This document shows, piece by piece, positions 1 through 8,822 of a stretch of DNA of 64,000 bases. The position numbers were made by a program, and so were the translations under genes. How positions within the stretch are numbered: position 1 is the first letter of the stretch; every line of letters starts with the position of its first letter. A model generated the notes under the pieces. It was given only the letters and a program-made list of their open reading frames with translations, was not told the origin of the DNA and made no database searches. The stretch comes from Nitrospirota bacterium (GTDB lineage: Bacteria; Nitrospirota; UBA9217). The stretch lies in NCBI GenBank assembly GCA_963751455.1, contig CAVVUN010000008.1, forward strand, positions 160,001-224,000, written 5' to 3'.

Positions 1-30
1 TATTGTAAGGCTTGAAAAACGAAATAGAGG

Positions 31-243
31 ATGAGGATGTCTTTTCATAAACAGAATTTTTCTGAAATATATGATGAGTATCATCCGAAGATCGTCAGAT
101 ACCTCACAAGGCTGATCGATCCGGTAGATCCATGTCGACAGGCCGGATTCACCACGAAAGTTGTCCAGCGAGCGGCTTATTTTCACAAACACTTCCTGTG
201 CCGCGTCCAATGTAAAGATCAGGCTGCATCGCGCGAGGGGTAA
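31..243 (+). pseudogene. ECF sigma factor remnant with an internal 99-bp inversion, truncated
   Basis: N-terminus [20 protein letters not shown] is typical of ECF sigma region 2. The reverse complement of 118-216 reads [30 protein letters not shown], the expected continuation. No region 4. Confidence 0.8.
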
Positions 244-330
244 GGGGCAGGGGTCCAGGTTCAGGGTCTAGGGTACAGGGGTCAGGGAACAGGAGGGCAA
301 GCAATTCTTCAATTGCGAATTGCGGAATGT
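244..330. repeat. Degenerate heptamer tandem repeats (GGGTCAG-like, then ATTGCGA/G-like)
   Basis: ggggcag gggtccag gttcag ggtctag gggtacag gggtcag; aattgcgaattgcggaat. Confidence 0.6.
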
Positions 331-397
331 AAAAGCAAAGGGCGAGACAATGAATGCGACACGGGGTCAGAGAAGCGACGATGAAACGTTTTATTAT

Positions 398-1768
398 TTA
401 AATCCTTTTCTCATATCCGCAGTTGCGGCACTCCCAGACCTTCTCCGACTCGTACCAATACATAGTTTTACCGCAAGACGGGCAAGGCTTGTTCTTCGAT
501 GGCTTTTTAGCGGGCGGTGATGATTCCTTTGTTGATTCCCGGTATCCGTCGGAGTCCCGTTTTACCGAAGAAAGATCGAAGATCGGCTCGCTCGCCGGAA
601 GCGCTTCTAGTTTGCTCGAGTGTTTATTTTTCTCTTCCCTTTTACCCTGAGCTTCATCCTTTTCTAAATATTCGAAGCCACAGGAATAACACTGCCATTT
701 CCCCTCAGAAATGTAGAAGTCCATTTGTCCGCCGCACATAGGGCATTTTTTCTTCTGTTCGGAATCCGGACCTGGTTCAGGTGCGATCGTACGTTCGCTT
801 TTCTCTCCGATATTTACCTGAACTTCATCCTTTCCCTCTTCTTCATGTCCGCAGGAATAACACTGCCACTTTCCTTCAGAAATGTAGAAGTCCATTTGTC
901 CGCCGCACATAGGGCATTTTTTCTTCAGCTCCGAAGCCGGAGTTGGTTCAGGAGAGTTCGTATGTTCGCTTTTCTCTCCGTATTTGACCTGAACTTCATC
1001 CTTTTCCAATTCTTCGTATGCGCAGGAATAACACTGCCACATTTTCCCAATCATGGAGAAGCTCATTTGCCCCCCGCACATAGGGCATATTTTCTGCGAT
1101 TTTATATCGGGGCGCGAAGATGATTGACCCACGTTGCTCATCTGTTTCTTTTTCTCGGCGGAAAAATCACGTACAGCAAAATCCTCATCCGGGACGGGCT
1201 GCGACACAGCACTTTCAGCAGTTAATTCCTCAACGTGTGTTTTGATAGAGGTTATCTCCGCCCCGATATCCGTAAAGACTTCACGCATTGCTTTTTCAAC
1301 ACGTTCCATCTCGTTTTCCTGAGATGCCATCCTGTTGGCGATCTCTTTTTCTTCTTTCTCAAGCTGTGCTGTTTTTTCGCGTAGTCTCGAAATCTCGTTT
1401 CTCATTTCCTGCGATTTGGCTTCCTTTGCTTTAAGCTCGTCACGCCAGCCGGGGAGTGCGGGAATTAAGAGCTTCTCGAGTATTTTAAGCTCATTGAGCT
1501 GAATGTTCACGGCGGCAACGATCTCTTGCCGGCTCAGCTTCGAAGTCGTCAACAACGCTTTGATAGCGGCATGATAACGCTGTTTCTCCTCGGGAATTAC
1601 TTCCCTGAACGATTCGGCGAGTGCGTGGAATTTGCCGAATATTGTAGTCTCACTTTCAATTACTGTTTTGATTTCATCGCGGACACGATTGATTCCGGAT
1701 GACAGATCTTCGCCTTCCTTCGCTTTCGCAAAGAGATCGGCAACTATCCGGGAAAGGTTTTCATTCAT
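398..1768 (-). CDS. Hypothetical protein: helical/coiled-coil N-terminus plus four C4 zinc-ribbon repeats
   Basis: Three CPMCGGQM..WQCYSC units at 171-nt period plus C-terminal CPSCG..WECRNC; RBS-like GAGGGG upstream. Confidence 0.85.
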   Translation of the reverse strand: MNENLSRIVADLFAKAKEGEDLSSGINRVRDEIKTVIESETTIFGKFHALAESFREVIPEEKQRYHAAIKALLTTSKLSRQEIVAAVNIQLNELKILEKLLIPALPGWRDELKAKEAKSQEMRNEISRLREKTAQLEKEEKEIANRMASQENEMERVEKAMREVFTDIGAEITSIKTHVEELTAESAVSQPVPDEDFAVRDFSAEKKKQMSNVGQSSSRPDIKSQKICPMCGGQMSFSMIGKMWQCYSCAYEELEKDEVQVKYGEKSEHTNSPEPTPASELKKKCPMCGGQMDFYISEGKWQCYSCGHEEEGKDEVQVNIGEKSERTIAPEPGPDSEQKKKCPMCGGQMDFYISEGKWQCYSCGFEYLEKDEAQGKREEKNKHSSKLEALPASEPIFDLSSVKRDSDGYRESTKESSPPAKKPSKNKPCPSCGKTMYWYESEKVWECRNCGYEKRI

Positions 1769-1976
1769 GGTTTTCCCCTCACTGCTTATTTATTTTCCTA
1801 TTTTAAGCTATAATGAAAGATAGTTCCAGTCTCCTTTTTTTGTTTCTCGCAATCGCCCGATATTAAATGTCAGTCCATGAAAAAAGAGGCGACAGATTTA
1901 ATTAAGAATTACTCCAGCAGGGGCGACGCAAGTAATGACTCGATCATCGGAAGCAGCAGATTGGAGCGATTTACAA

Positions 1977-2010
1977 TAAAAAAACCTTCATGATTGCTCA
2001 TGAGGGTTTT
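1977..2010 (-). terminator. Intrinsic terminator after cytochrome c gene
   Basis: aaaaccttcatga-ttgc-tcatgagggtttt hairpin followed by a T-run on the minus strand. Confidence 0.7.
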
Positions 2011-2026
2011 CGCTTGATAGCCGGTC

Positions 2027-2338
2027 TTACTTCTTCTTGTGGCATTTGTTGCAGTCGCCTTTGACACTGAATGCCTTGGTTCCGTCATGGCACTTTCCGC
2101 AAAACTTTCCCCCTTGCATCTCTTTCATGGTCATCTTGTCACCCTCTTTTTTCATCTTGAAGAGGGCCGGATGGCACTCGCTGCATTTGAACATTTTATG
2201 CGCGTCCCCGCTGAAAGTTACCATACCCTGTGCTCCGTCCTTCAGTTCGATACTCTTTCCCGGCCCGACCGCGAACACCGGCATTGACAGTACGAGCGTT
2301 ATCATGATAACCAACACCGAAACCATAATCCTTTTCAT
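2027..2338 (-). CDS. Periplasmic trihaem c7-type (cytochrome c3 family) cytochrome
   Basis: Signal peptide; CSECH, CGKCH, CNKCH motifs; GGAGG RBS. Confidence 0.9.
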   Translation of the reverse strand: MKRIMVSVLVIMITLVLSMPVFAVGPGKSIELKDGAQGMVTFSGDAHKMFKCSECHPALFKMKKEGDKMTMKEMQGGKFCGKCHDGTKAFSVKGDCNKCHKKK

Positions 2339-2626
2339 TCTGGTATACCTCCTCATTGTTGTTTTAGCCGAGAACTACTTGGCGTGAGCGACACTATCTT
2401 ATGCGCGCCTTGGACGCACGCCCCTGGATTGAAGAATAACTATAAATAAAGTTAGTAGAAAAAGGACTGAGCGTCAAGCAACGGGGGAACAAGGGACTGT
2501 TACTTGTTGCGTTTCTACGGTGCCAAGCATCATTGTAAAAAACCTCATGAGCATGAGGTCCAGCCTTTTTGACATTTGATAATTTTGTTCCAGACTCCGC
2601 TTTGCCCACGGACTTATATAGTTGCG

Positions 2627-3291
2627 TCATTTGGACGGCTCGTAGCACAGCAGCACATTCCCGTTGCCGAACGTTCGCGTCTTTGTCAGCTTCAAAACAA
2701 GCTTGTTTTTAAGGCCCTCAAACATTGTCCTTCCCTTGCCGATGGCAACCGGATTTACCAGGATCTGGTACTCGTCGATCAGTCCCTGCGCTAATTGTGA
2801 AACGATGGTGCCGCTTCCCAGTAACGTTAAGTCTTTTCCGGACTGCTGTTTCATCTTCCGTACTTCGGCAACCACATCGTCCGTCACGAGCCGGGTATTG
2901 GTCCAATCAACTTTATCCAGTGTCCTGGAAAAGACAACCTTCGGCGATTTAGTGGAGCCCCCTCCGGCAGGAGCCGGAGGCTCCCCTGAACAACGCGACC
3001 TCCCAGCGCGGACTACGGCGCATTACCCCCGGCAAGAGCCGGGGATTGCAAGTCGCGGCATTCATTCCTTCGGCCACAATGGGATCATTCTTGATCGCTT
3101 CCGGGGTGGGCCAGTAGCTTGTCCATAAGCTCATATGTTACGCGCCCGAAGAGGAGCGTATTCCCGGAATTGGCTTTCTCTTCTGCATATTTATTGAACT
3201 CCGCATCGACGGTATGCCAGGAGATGTCGCCGCCCGGGCCTGCAAAGTAACCGTCAAGCGTCACCAGGTTGAAAACAACCAGTTTTCGCAT
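2627..3291 (-). pseudogene. Dihydrofolate reductase-like (RibD C-terminal) protein, disrupted by a +1 frameshift (~3123) and a 109-bp element
   Basis: MRKLVVFNLVTLDGYFAGP..LLFGRVTYELM / SYWPTPEA..EGMN | KSPKVVFSRTL..GSGTIV..LIDEYQILVNPV. Confidence 0.9.
2951..3059 (-). mobile_element. Twin-hairpin non-autonomous element, copy 1 (IS200/IS605-derived PATE-like)
   Basis: Near-identical to 23529-23635 and 53193-53299; sits between codons AAT and AAA of the DHFR-like gene, 3' of TGAAT on the minus strand; no TSD. Confidence 0.85.
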
Positions 3292-3393
3292 TTTTTCGCC
3301 TTTAACCAATTTTGGGAACATGTTCTCACTGTGCCTTTTCTCCCGTCGTACGCTGTTTACAGGTGACAAACATGCATGTCGACTCAACGGATT

Positions 3394-3678
3394 CTAAGAG
3401 CGATTAGTCTTCGCCAGTCCGAATGCCAGGCGTTCCTCGAAATTCCTGATGAACTGGGCGACCTGGATCCCGAAATAAATGCATTTTATGCCATTCATGC
3501 ATTCATCCGCATCCGCCTTTTCGAGGTGGGTAGTCAGCACTTCTTTCCCTCGCCTGAATTCGACGATATAGCTGTTTTTTTCTTCGTCAAAACGAAGGCC
3601 TACAGAAAGGCCATGTTCGCCGATCTCGGGATACATTTCGATAATTTTTTCTTTCAGGGCAACAATCGTATATGCCAT
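3394..3678 (-). CDS. Small hypothetical protein
   Basis: 94-aa ORF with GGAGG RBS and plausible protein composition. Confidence 0.7.
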   Translation of the reverse strand: MAYTIVALKEKIIEMYPEIGEHGLSVGLRFDEEKNSYIVEFRRGKEVLTTHLEKADADECMNGIKCIYFGIQVAQFIRNFEERLAFGLAKTNRS

Positions 3679-4025
3679 CGCCGCCTCCTTCCTCGTTTGA
3701 GGAGTGGTTTATCTTTCAATCGACGTGAAGCGTTATTCTCTCTGTCTAATAAGAGATAGATACCTACTCTTACTTTAGTATAGCACCTGGTATGAACAAA
3801 GGAATGGAGTAGGGTAAGGTCTTTATGGAAACTCGGGGACTTCCTCATCTGATGGAGCGAAATCGTCATGATGTTGAGGTGATGTTGAGGCATTGAGCAA
3901 TTTATTAACTCAAACGGGAAGGTTTAGGGTATCATGATTACCGGAATATTTATGCAGCGAATGCAATAAACGAATGCCATGGATCGTCATACTAGCAGAG
4001 GCATGAGAAACGGAATGACTTCGTT

Positions 4026-4574
4026 ATGAACGAAAAAGCTCGAAGCCGCGATATTTCGCAGTTTTTCAGCGACAAATATCGAAAACTGGTTAAGTACTTT
4101 AACGCGAATTATTCCGATCTCTCGGAAATGGAGGCCGAGGATATTGTCAGCGACCTCATGGCCGATCTCTTCGAGAAGGCGGATTTTATTGCTCATGTCG
4201 AAAACCTGTCTGCCTACATCTACCGTTCCATGCAAAACAGGGCCAAGGATTATCTAAGAAGAAGGAAAAGGACGGTTTCGTATGAAGCGGCCACGTACGA
4301 TGAAGAGAACAGCCTGGACACGGAAACTGTGCCGGAACCGCGTTACGATATGGCAGGCGAGATCGAAGCCGCGGAGATTCGCGGCCGGCTTATAGAGGCC
4401 CTGGACCAGATCGAACCGGACCAGCGCACTGTCTGGATCGCCACGGAACTCGACGGTTATTCGTTTCGTGAGCTGGCAGAAGAATGGGGTGTGCCTATCG
4501 GCACCCTTTTGGCGCGAAAACACCGGGCCAATGCGGCCCTGCAAAAAAAGCTGAAGGATTTGAAAAACAGGTGA
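4026..4574 (+). CDS. ECF-family RNA polymerase sigma factor
   Basis: AEDIVSD, YIYRSMQNRAKD region 2; GYSFRELAEEWGVPIGTLLARKHRA region 4 HTH. Confidence 0.9.
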   Translation: MNEKARSRDISQFFSDKYRKLVKYFNANYSDLSEMEAEDIVSDLMADLFEKADFIAHVENLSAYIYRSMQNRAKDYLRRRKRTVSYEAATYDEENSLDTETVPEPRYDMAGEIEAAEIRGRLIEALDQIEPDQRTVWIATELDGYSFRELAEEWGVPIGTLLARKHRANAALQKKLKDLKNR

Positions 4575-4587
4575 AGGAGGGGAAAAC

Positions 4588-5028
4588 ATGATGACAAAAG
4601 AACGGAGTTCCAATCAATGCAACCGGCCGGGACCGTGGATTATCGGCCGGGTCGTCCGGGGGATCGTCATAGCTTTGGCATTCTCCCTGGTGTTCGCGAT
4701 TTTCGTCCGGCTGCTGTGGAACTGGCTGATGCCCGGGATATTCGGCGTTCATGAAATCAATTTCGGACAGGCCTTTGGGCTGCTGATCCTGGCGCACCTG
4801 TTCTTCGGAGCGAGAGGCATGCACCGTATGCATCCTGAATTTACTCGCAGGTGGCACGGGCACCACAATTGGGGATGGGGGCCCTGTTCGAAGGAGAATG
4901 CGGCAAACGGGGAAATCAAGGACTGGCGCCACTATGACGCATGGTGGCAGGCTGAAGGACGGGAAGCATTCAAGAAATATATAGACGGTCATGAACAGGG
5001 CAAGGAACGCAAGGACCCCACGGGGTAA
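4588..5028 (+). CDS. Membrane protein co-transcribed with the ECF sigma
   Basis: Two TM helices with LLWNWLMP.IFG..INFGQAFGLLIL motif; GGAGG RBS. Confidence 0.75.
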   Translation: MMTKERSSNQCNRPGPWIIGRVVRGIVIALAFSLVFAIFVRLLWNWLMPGIFGVHEINFGQAFGLLILAHLFFGARGMHRMHPEFTRRWHGHHNWGWGPCSKENAANGEIKDWRHYDAWWQAEGREAFKKYIDGHEQGKERKDPTG

Positions 5029-5249
5029 ATGGTTTTAGTTTTGAATTTCGTAGCCTGGACAAGCTGAAACGAATATGCCACAAAGACTCAAGGGCACAAA
5101 GAACTCAAAGTTAACTAGCCGCAACGATGCACAAAAAGCACAAGTAAATTTTTTCCTTGCGTATCTTGCGCGTCCTTGCGGCAAAAATTCTTTTCATTTT
5201 GGATAGACATTCAGGATGTTGGCGTAAAATTACTTTAAAGGAGGCAATC

Positions 5250-5681
5250 ATGTTAAGAAGCAGGACCGCATTACTGGTTGTAATGACCGCCCTTTTGGCG
5301 CTGGTCAGCGCAGGATGTTGTCACAGGGCGCCTGAAAAACGGGCAGAGCACGTCGTAAAGCACCTCGTGGGAACGCTGAACCTGGATGCAGCACAAACGG
5401 AAAAGCTCGAGAAGATCAAGGACGAATTTCTGGCGAGGCACGCGGGCATCAGCAATGCAAGGGAGGAATCCGTAAAAGAAGCCCGGGACATAATGGTGAG
5501 CGCGGAGATCGACCAGGCAAAGTTAAACGCGTTGGTTGAGAAAAAACAGGCAGAGGCGAACAACCTGATCCGGTTCGTTTCCGCCAAATTTACCGAGATT
5601 CACGACATGCTTACTCCGGACCAGAGAACCAAGCTGGCAGCGGAGATGGAAAAACATGCAAGCCGGGCGCATCACTGGTAA
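5250..5681 (+). CDS. Spy/CpxP-family periplasmic chaperone (lipoprotein)
   Basis: Lipobox SAGC; LNLDAAQ and MLTPDQR LTxxQ motifs; GGAGG RBS. Confidence 0.8.
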   Translation: MLRSRTALLVVMTALLALVSAGCCHRAPEKRAEHVVKHLVGTLNLDAAQTEKLEKIKDEFLARHAGISNAREESVKEARDIMVSAEIDQAKLNALVEKKQAEANNLIRFVSAKFTEIHDMLTPDQRTKLAAEMEKHASRAHHW

Positions 5682-5700
5682 TTTTGACGGAAATAAAGTA

Positions 5701-5830
5701 GATAGGAAATCGCAGAAGTCGGATTTGCCACTGAGCACACAGAGAGCACGGAGGTAACGCTTTAAAACCTGAAATATTTTCTCTGAGTCCTCGGTGATCT
5801 CTGTGGCAAAAAACTTTTTACGAATCTATC
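5701..5830. mobile_element. MITE family A (GAT..GTAAAAAGTC ends), degenerate copy with CACAGAG core
   Basis: Highly similar to 34774-34906; ends ACTTTTTACGAATCTATC. Confidence 0.7.
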
Positions 5831-5866
5831 CTTGAAGAAGAGCAGATTTCAGGGAGAGGTAATAGG

Positions 5867-5975
5867 TCAGGCATCACTCGTCGCAACATTCAAACGAGCT
5901 GCATCAATATGCACATCTCGGAAGCGGGAAACGGCCCTGTAGTCGTCTTAATTCACGGTTTTCCTGAATTGTCGA
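5867..5975 (+). pseudogene. N-terminal fragment of epoxide hydrolase/alpha-beta hydrolase
   Basis: Reads GITRRNIQTSCINMHISEAGNGPVVVLIHGFPELS and then loses homology. Confidence 0.7.
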
Positions 5976-6075
5976 CACGCCGCAGGGGCCTATGCAAGTG
6001 AAATTCGTCGAAAAAAATAATTTCGGCGTTTTTATAGAGTAACTTTAATGTTTTGACTTCCCTTTCTTCTGCGTT

Positions 6076-6636
6076 TCACAACATCCCCGGCCGGAACAGT
6101 GATTTTCGGCTGATGATCTTGCCGGAGACCACGAACACGCCGGCGCCCGTATAGTGCAGCGTCTCGGGATGCTTCGGCGAAGCGGCCACATTCGCCTTGA
6201 CCACTTCGAAGATGAAGAAGTTGTATTTGTCGACAAGCGCGTCGTCGTGCAGGCGACACTCGAAGCTCGCATGACACTCGCGGATCAGCGGCGCCTCCAC
6301 CTTGTGCGCCTTGCCGGGCGTCAGTCCGAATTTCTCGAACTTGTCGATTTCAGCACCCGAGGTGTTGCCGATCTTGATGACAATGTCGGTCAGCGCCGTG
6401 GTCGGCAGGTTGATGACGCATTCGCCGCTGTTGCGGATCATCTTGAAGCTGTGATTGCTTTCGGCGATTACGCAGCCCACGAGCGACGGCGTGAACTCCA
6501 TCACGGTGTGCCAGCCCATTGTCATGATGTTCGTCTTGCCTTTCCATTTCGACGAAACCAGAACAATCGGACCGGGCTCCAGATATTGCCGCACCTGGCT
6601 CACCGGGAAATCCCTCTTCTCCGGTTTTTTTCTCAT
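6076..6636 (-). CDS. Flavin reductase family (flavoredoxin-like) protein
   Basis: EPGPIVLVSS, NIMTMGWH, ECVINLP, GNTSG..IDKF, APLIRECHASFEC. Confidence 0.9.
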   Translation of the reverse strand: MRKKPEKRDFPVSQVRQYLEPGPIVLVSSKWKGKTNIMTMGWHTVMEFTPSLVGCVIAESNHSFKMIRNSGECVINLPTTALTDIVIKIGNTSGAEIDKFEKFGLTPGKAHKVEAPLIRECHASFECRLHDDALVDKYNFFIFEVVKANVAASPKHPETLHYTGAGVFVVSGKIISRKSLFRPGML

Positions 6637-6934
6637 AGGCGATTCCTTTCCGGCGAATGATCTTCTGTACCTATTAAACATATCATCTCCAATTTTGAAA
6701 TCAAAATGCTTTTACCCGGGGTCTGAGTCCCGGCTGCTTCTCCCACTCCATTATTTTTCTTTTTGACCGTCTCTCCATTCTCATCCGGCATAACACCGCA
6801 TAGGTGTGCGACCAAAGATGCAGATTAACACGGACTGCGGATTTGACTCGGCCTCAATACCTTCTATATTTAAACGAGACACATATAAAATACTCCTGAC
6901 TCCTGACTACTACTGATTACTGAGGTTAAACCAA

Positions 6935-8215
6935 ATGGATGACTTTGCTAAAACAAAGGATATCGGCGGCATCTTCCGGTTTGACAGACTGCTCGCAATT
7001 GAGAAAAGGCTGATCCGCAGACAGATGGCTCTTTTAGGCGATCCTCCCGTTACCATTGCCATAGGAAACGGCAACACGGTCTGCTCAGCAAACGGGAAAT
7101 CAGTCGGCACGGTCATTATCCGCGATCGAAAAACTTTGCTGCGATTTGCCGTCCATCCTGAACTTCATTTCGGGGACGCTTACTGCGAGGGGAAAATAGA
7201 GGTAGACGGAAACCTGGTTGACGTTCTGAAAGCCGCTTACAGGTGCATGGCGAAGTCACCCAAAGAAGGCCTGGTCAAGATCTCGAGAACAAAGATCACC
7301 AATCGGCCTCGCTTGAACACGCTGAGCGGATCCAGGGAAAACATCCACGAGCATTACGATATCGGCAACGATTTTTACCGGCTCTGGCTTGATGACAGAA
7401 TGCAGTATACGTGCGCTTATTTCCCAACGCCCTCGGCTACCCTGGAAGAGGCACAGATCGCCAAGATGGACCATGTGTGCAAAAAGCTGACGCTCAAGCC
7501 CGGGGAAACGGTTGTGGAAGCAGGGTGCGGCTGGGGGACCCTCGCCTTGCACATGGCAAAAAATTACGGCGTCAAGGTAAAGGCCTGCAATATTTCCCAT
7601 GAGCAGGTCGTGAGCGCTCATGAACAGGCAAAGGCTGAAGGGCTGGACGACCGCGTGGAGTTTATCGAGGACGATTACCGGAACATCAAGGGCACCTTCG
7701 ACGTTTTCGTGTCTATCGGGATGCTGGAACACGTGGGCGCCCGATATTACCGGGAGCTGGGCAAGGTGATAGCACTCTCGTTAAAGGAAAACGGCAGAGG
7801 GCTTATACATTCGATTGGACGAAACAAGGCGGAACCCATGAACCCCTGGCTGGAACGGCGCATATTCCCAGGCTCCTATTCGCCGACCCTGCGGGAGATG
7901 ATGGAGGTATTCGAGCCTTCCGGGTTTTCCATCCTTGATGTTGAAAACCTCCGCCTCCATTACGCGAAAACCCTGGAGCACTGGATGGAGAAGTTTGAGC
8001 AGGCCAAGGACCGGATAGGGACGATGTTTGATGAGAAGTTCATACGGTCGTGGAGGCTCTATCTCGCCGGATCGATTGCGTCCTTTGCCGTGGGAGATCT
8101 TCAGCTTTTTCAGGTGCTGTTTGCCCGACCGGACAAGAACGACCTGCCCTGGACAAGGGCCCACTTGTATGCGGAGACGAGCCCGATAAGCCGGAAGAAA
8201 AAATATTCCATTTAA
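6935..8215 (+). CDS. Cyclopropane-fatty-acyl-phospholipid synthase family SAM methyltransferase
   Basis: HYDIGNDFY.LWLD..MQYTCAYF, EAGCGWG, SIGMLEHVG, HYAKTL..W. Confidence 0.92.
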   Translation: MDDFAKTKDIGGIFRFDRLLAIEKRLIRRQMALLGDPPVTIAIGNGNTVCSANGKSVGTVIIRDRKTLLRFAVHPELHFGDAYCEGKIEVDGNLVDVLKAAYRCMAKSPKEGLVKISRTKITNRPRLNTLSGSRENIHEHYDIGNDFYRLWLDDRMQYTCAYFPTPSATLEEAQIAKMDHVCKKLTLKPGETVVEAGCGWGTLALHMAKNYGVKVKACNISHEQVVSAHEQAKAEGLDDRVEFIEDDYRNIKGTFDVFVSIGMLEHVGARYYRELGKVIALSLKENGRGLIHSIGRNKAEPMNPWLERRIFPGSYSPTLREMMEVFEPSGFSILDVENLRLHYAKTLEHWMEKFEQAKDRIGTMFDEKFIRSWRLYLAGSIASFAVGDLQLFQVLFARPDKNDLPWTRAHLYAETSPISRKKKYSI

Positions 8216-8308
8216 AGCAAAGCTAGATCAATTTTCGCGCAACGCCCTGCACTTGCGTAACCCGCTGGGTGCGAGAGACGCAAAGGGAAAGCAAAATCTA
8301 TATTTTTT

Positions 8309-8474
8309 GTAACCATTCAGCTTCTTTTCAGAACGGCATTAAGACAAATCTGAGAAAAAACCCTTCTATCCGCAGATTTCGCAGATTTACGCAGATTTTA
8401 ACCGGAATTCTGGTTTTGTTTTTATCTGCGAAATCTGCGTAATCTGCGGATAAAAAAATGACCTGAATAGTTAC
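8309..8474. mobile_element. MITE family B (IS66-like GTAA ends), copy 1, nested in a GCAAAG/CTTTGC palindromic repeat
   Basis: TIR GTAACCATTCAG / CTGAATAGTTAC; flanks TATTTTTT / TATTTTTC; inverted copy at 38779-38946. Confidence 0.85.
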
Positions 8475-8822
8475 TATTTTTCAGTAATTCTTTCTTTGCG
8501 ACTTTGCGGCTTTGCGCGAGACGGTTTTGATTTTGAGTCACGCATGAAAACCCGATTATCACACAAAGCCACTAAGCCGCAAAGAAGGATTGAATTATAT
8601 TTTGAATCATGAGGTTCTTCGTGTCTTCGCCTGTGGCCAGTGTTTACGAGGCCCTTGATTCCCGTCTCGCTTTATCAGCGAGATGGTACAACAATGAGTC
8701 TAAGAATTGCCAAGCGCGAATACAGGCTATGCCTTCGTGTGAGACCGCTTTTGATTTTGACTTCATGCTTTATCGGTCGAGGCTTTTAGAAGAATTTCAT
8801 TTTTAGTAATTAAAGGAGGGAC

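Noticed and set aside
670-1095. 171-nt periodic repeats as a CRISPR array or DGR template/variable pair
   Set aside because: Repeats are in-frame protein domains with related linkers; no cas or reverse transcriptase genes.
2949-3134. ORFs containing SGRSRRLPLITRPPADYG-like peptides or their reverse (also 23496-23681, 53106-53312) as a peptide family
   Set aside because: They are read-through translations of the non-coding twin-hairpin element.
8368-8452. CGCAGATTT tandem units as CRISPR repeats
   Set aside because: 9-10 nt period with no spacers; they form the two arms of a MITE hairpin.
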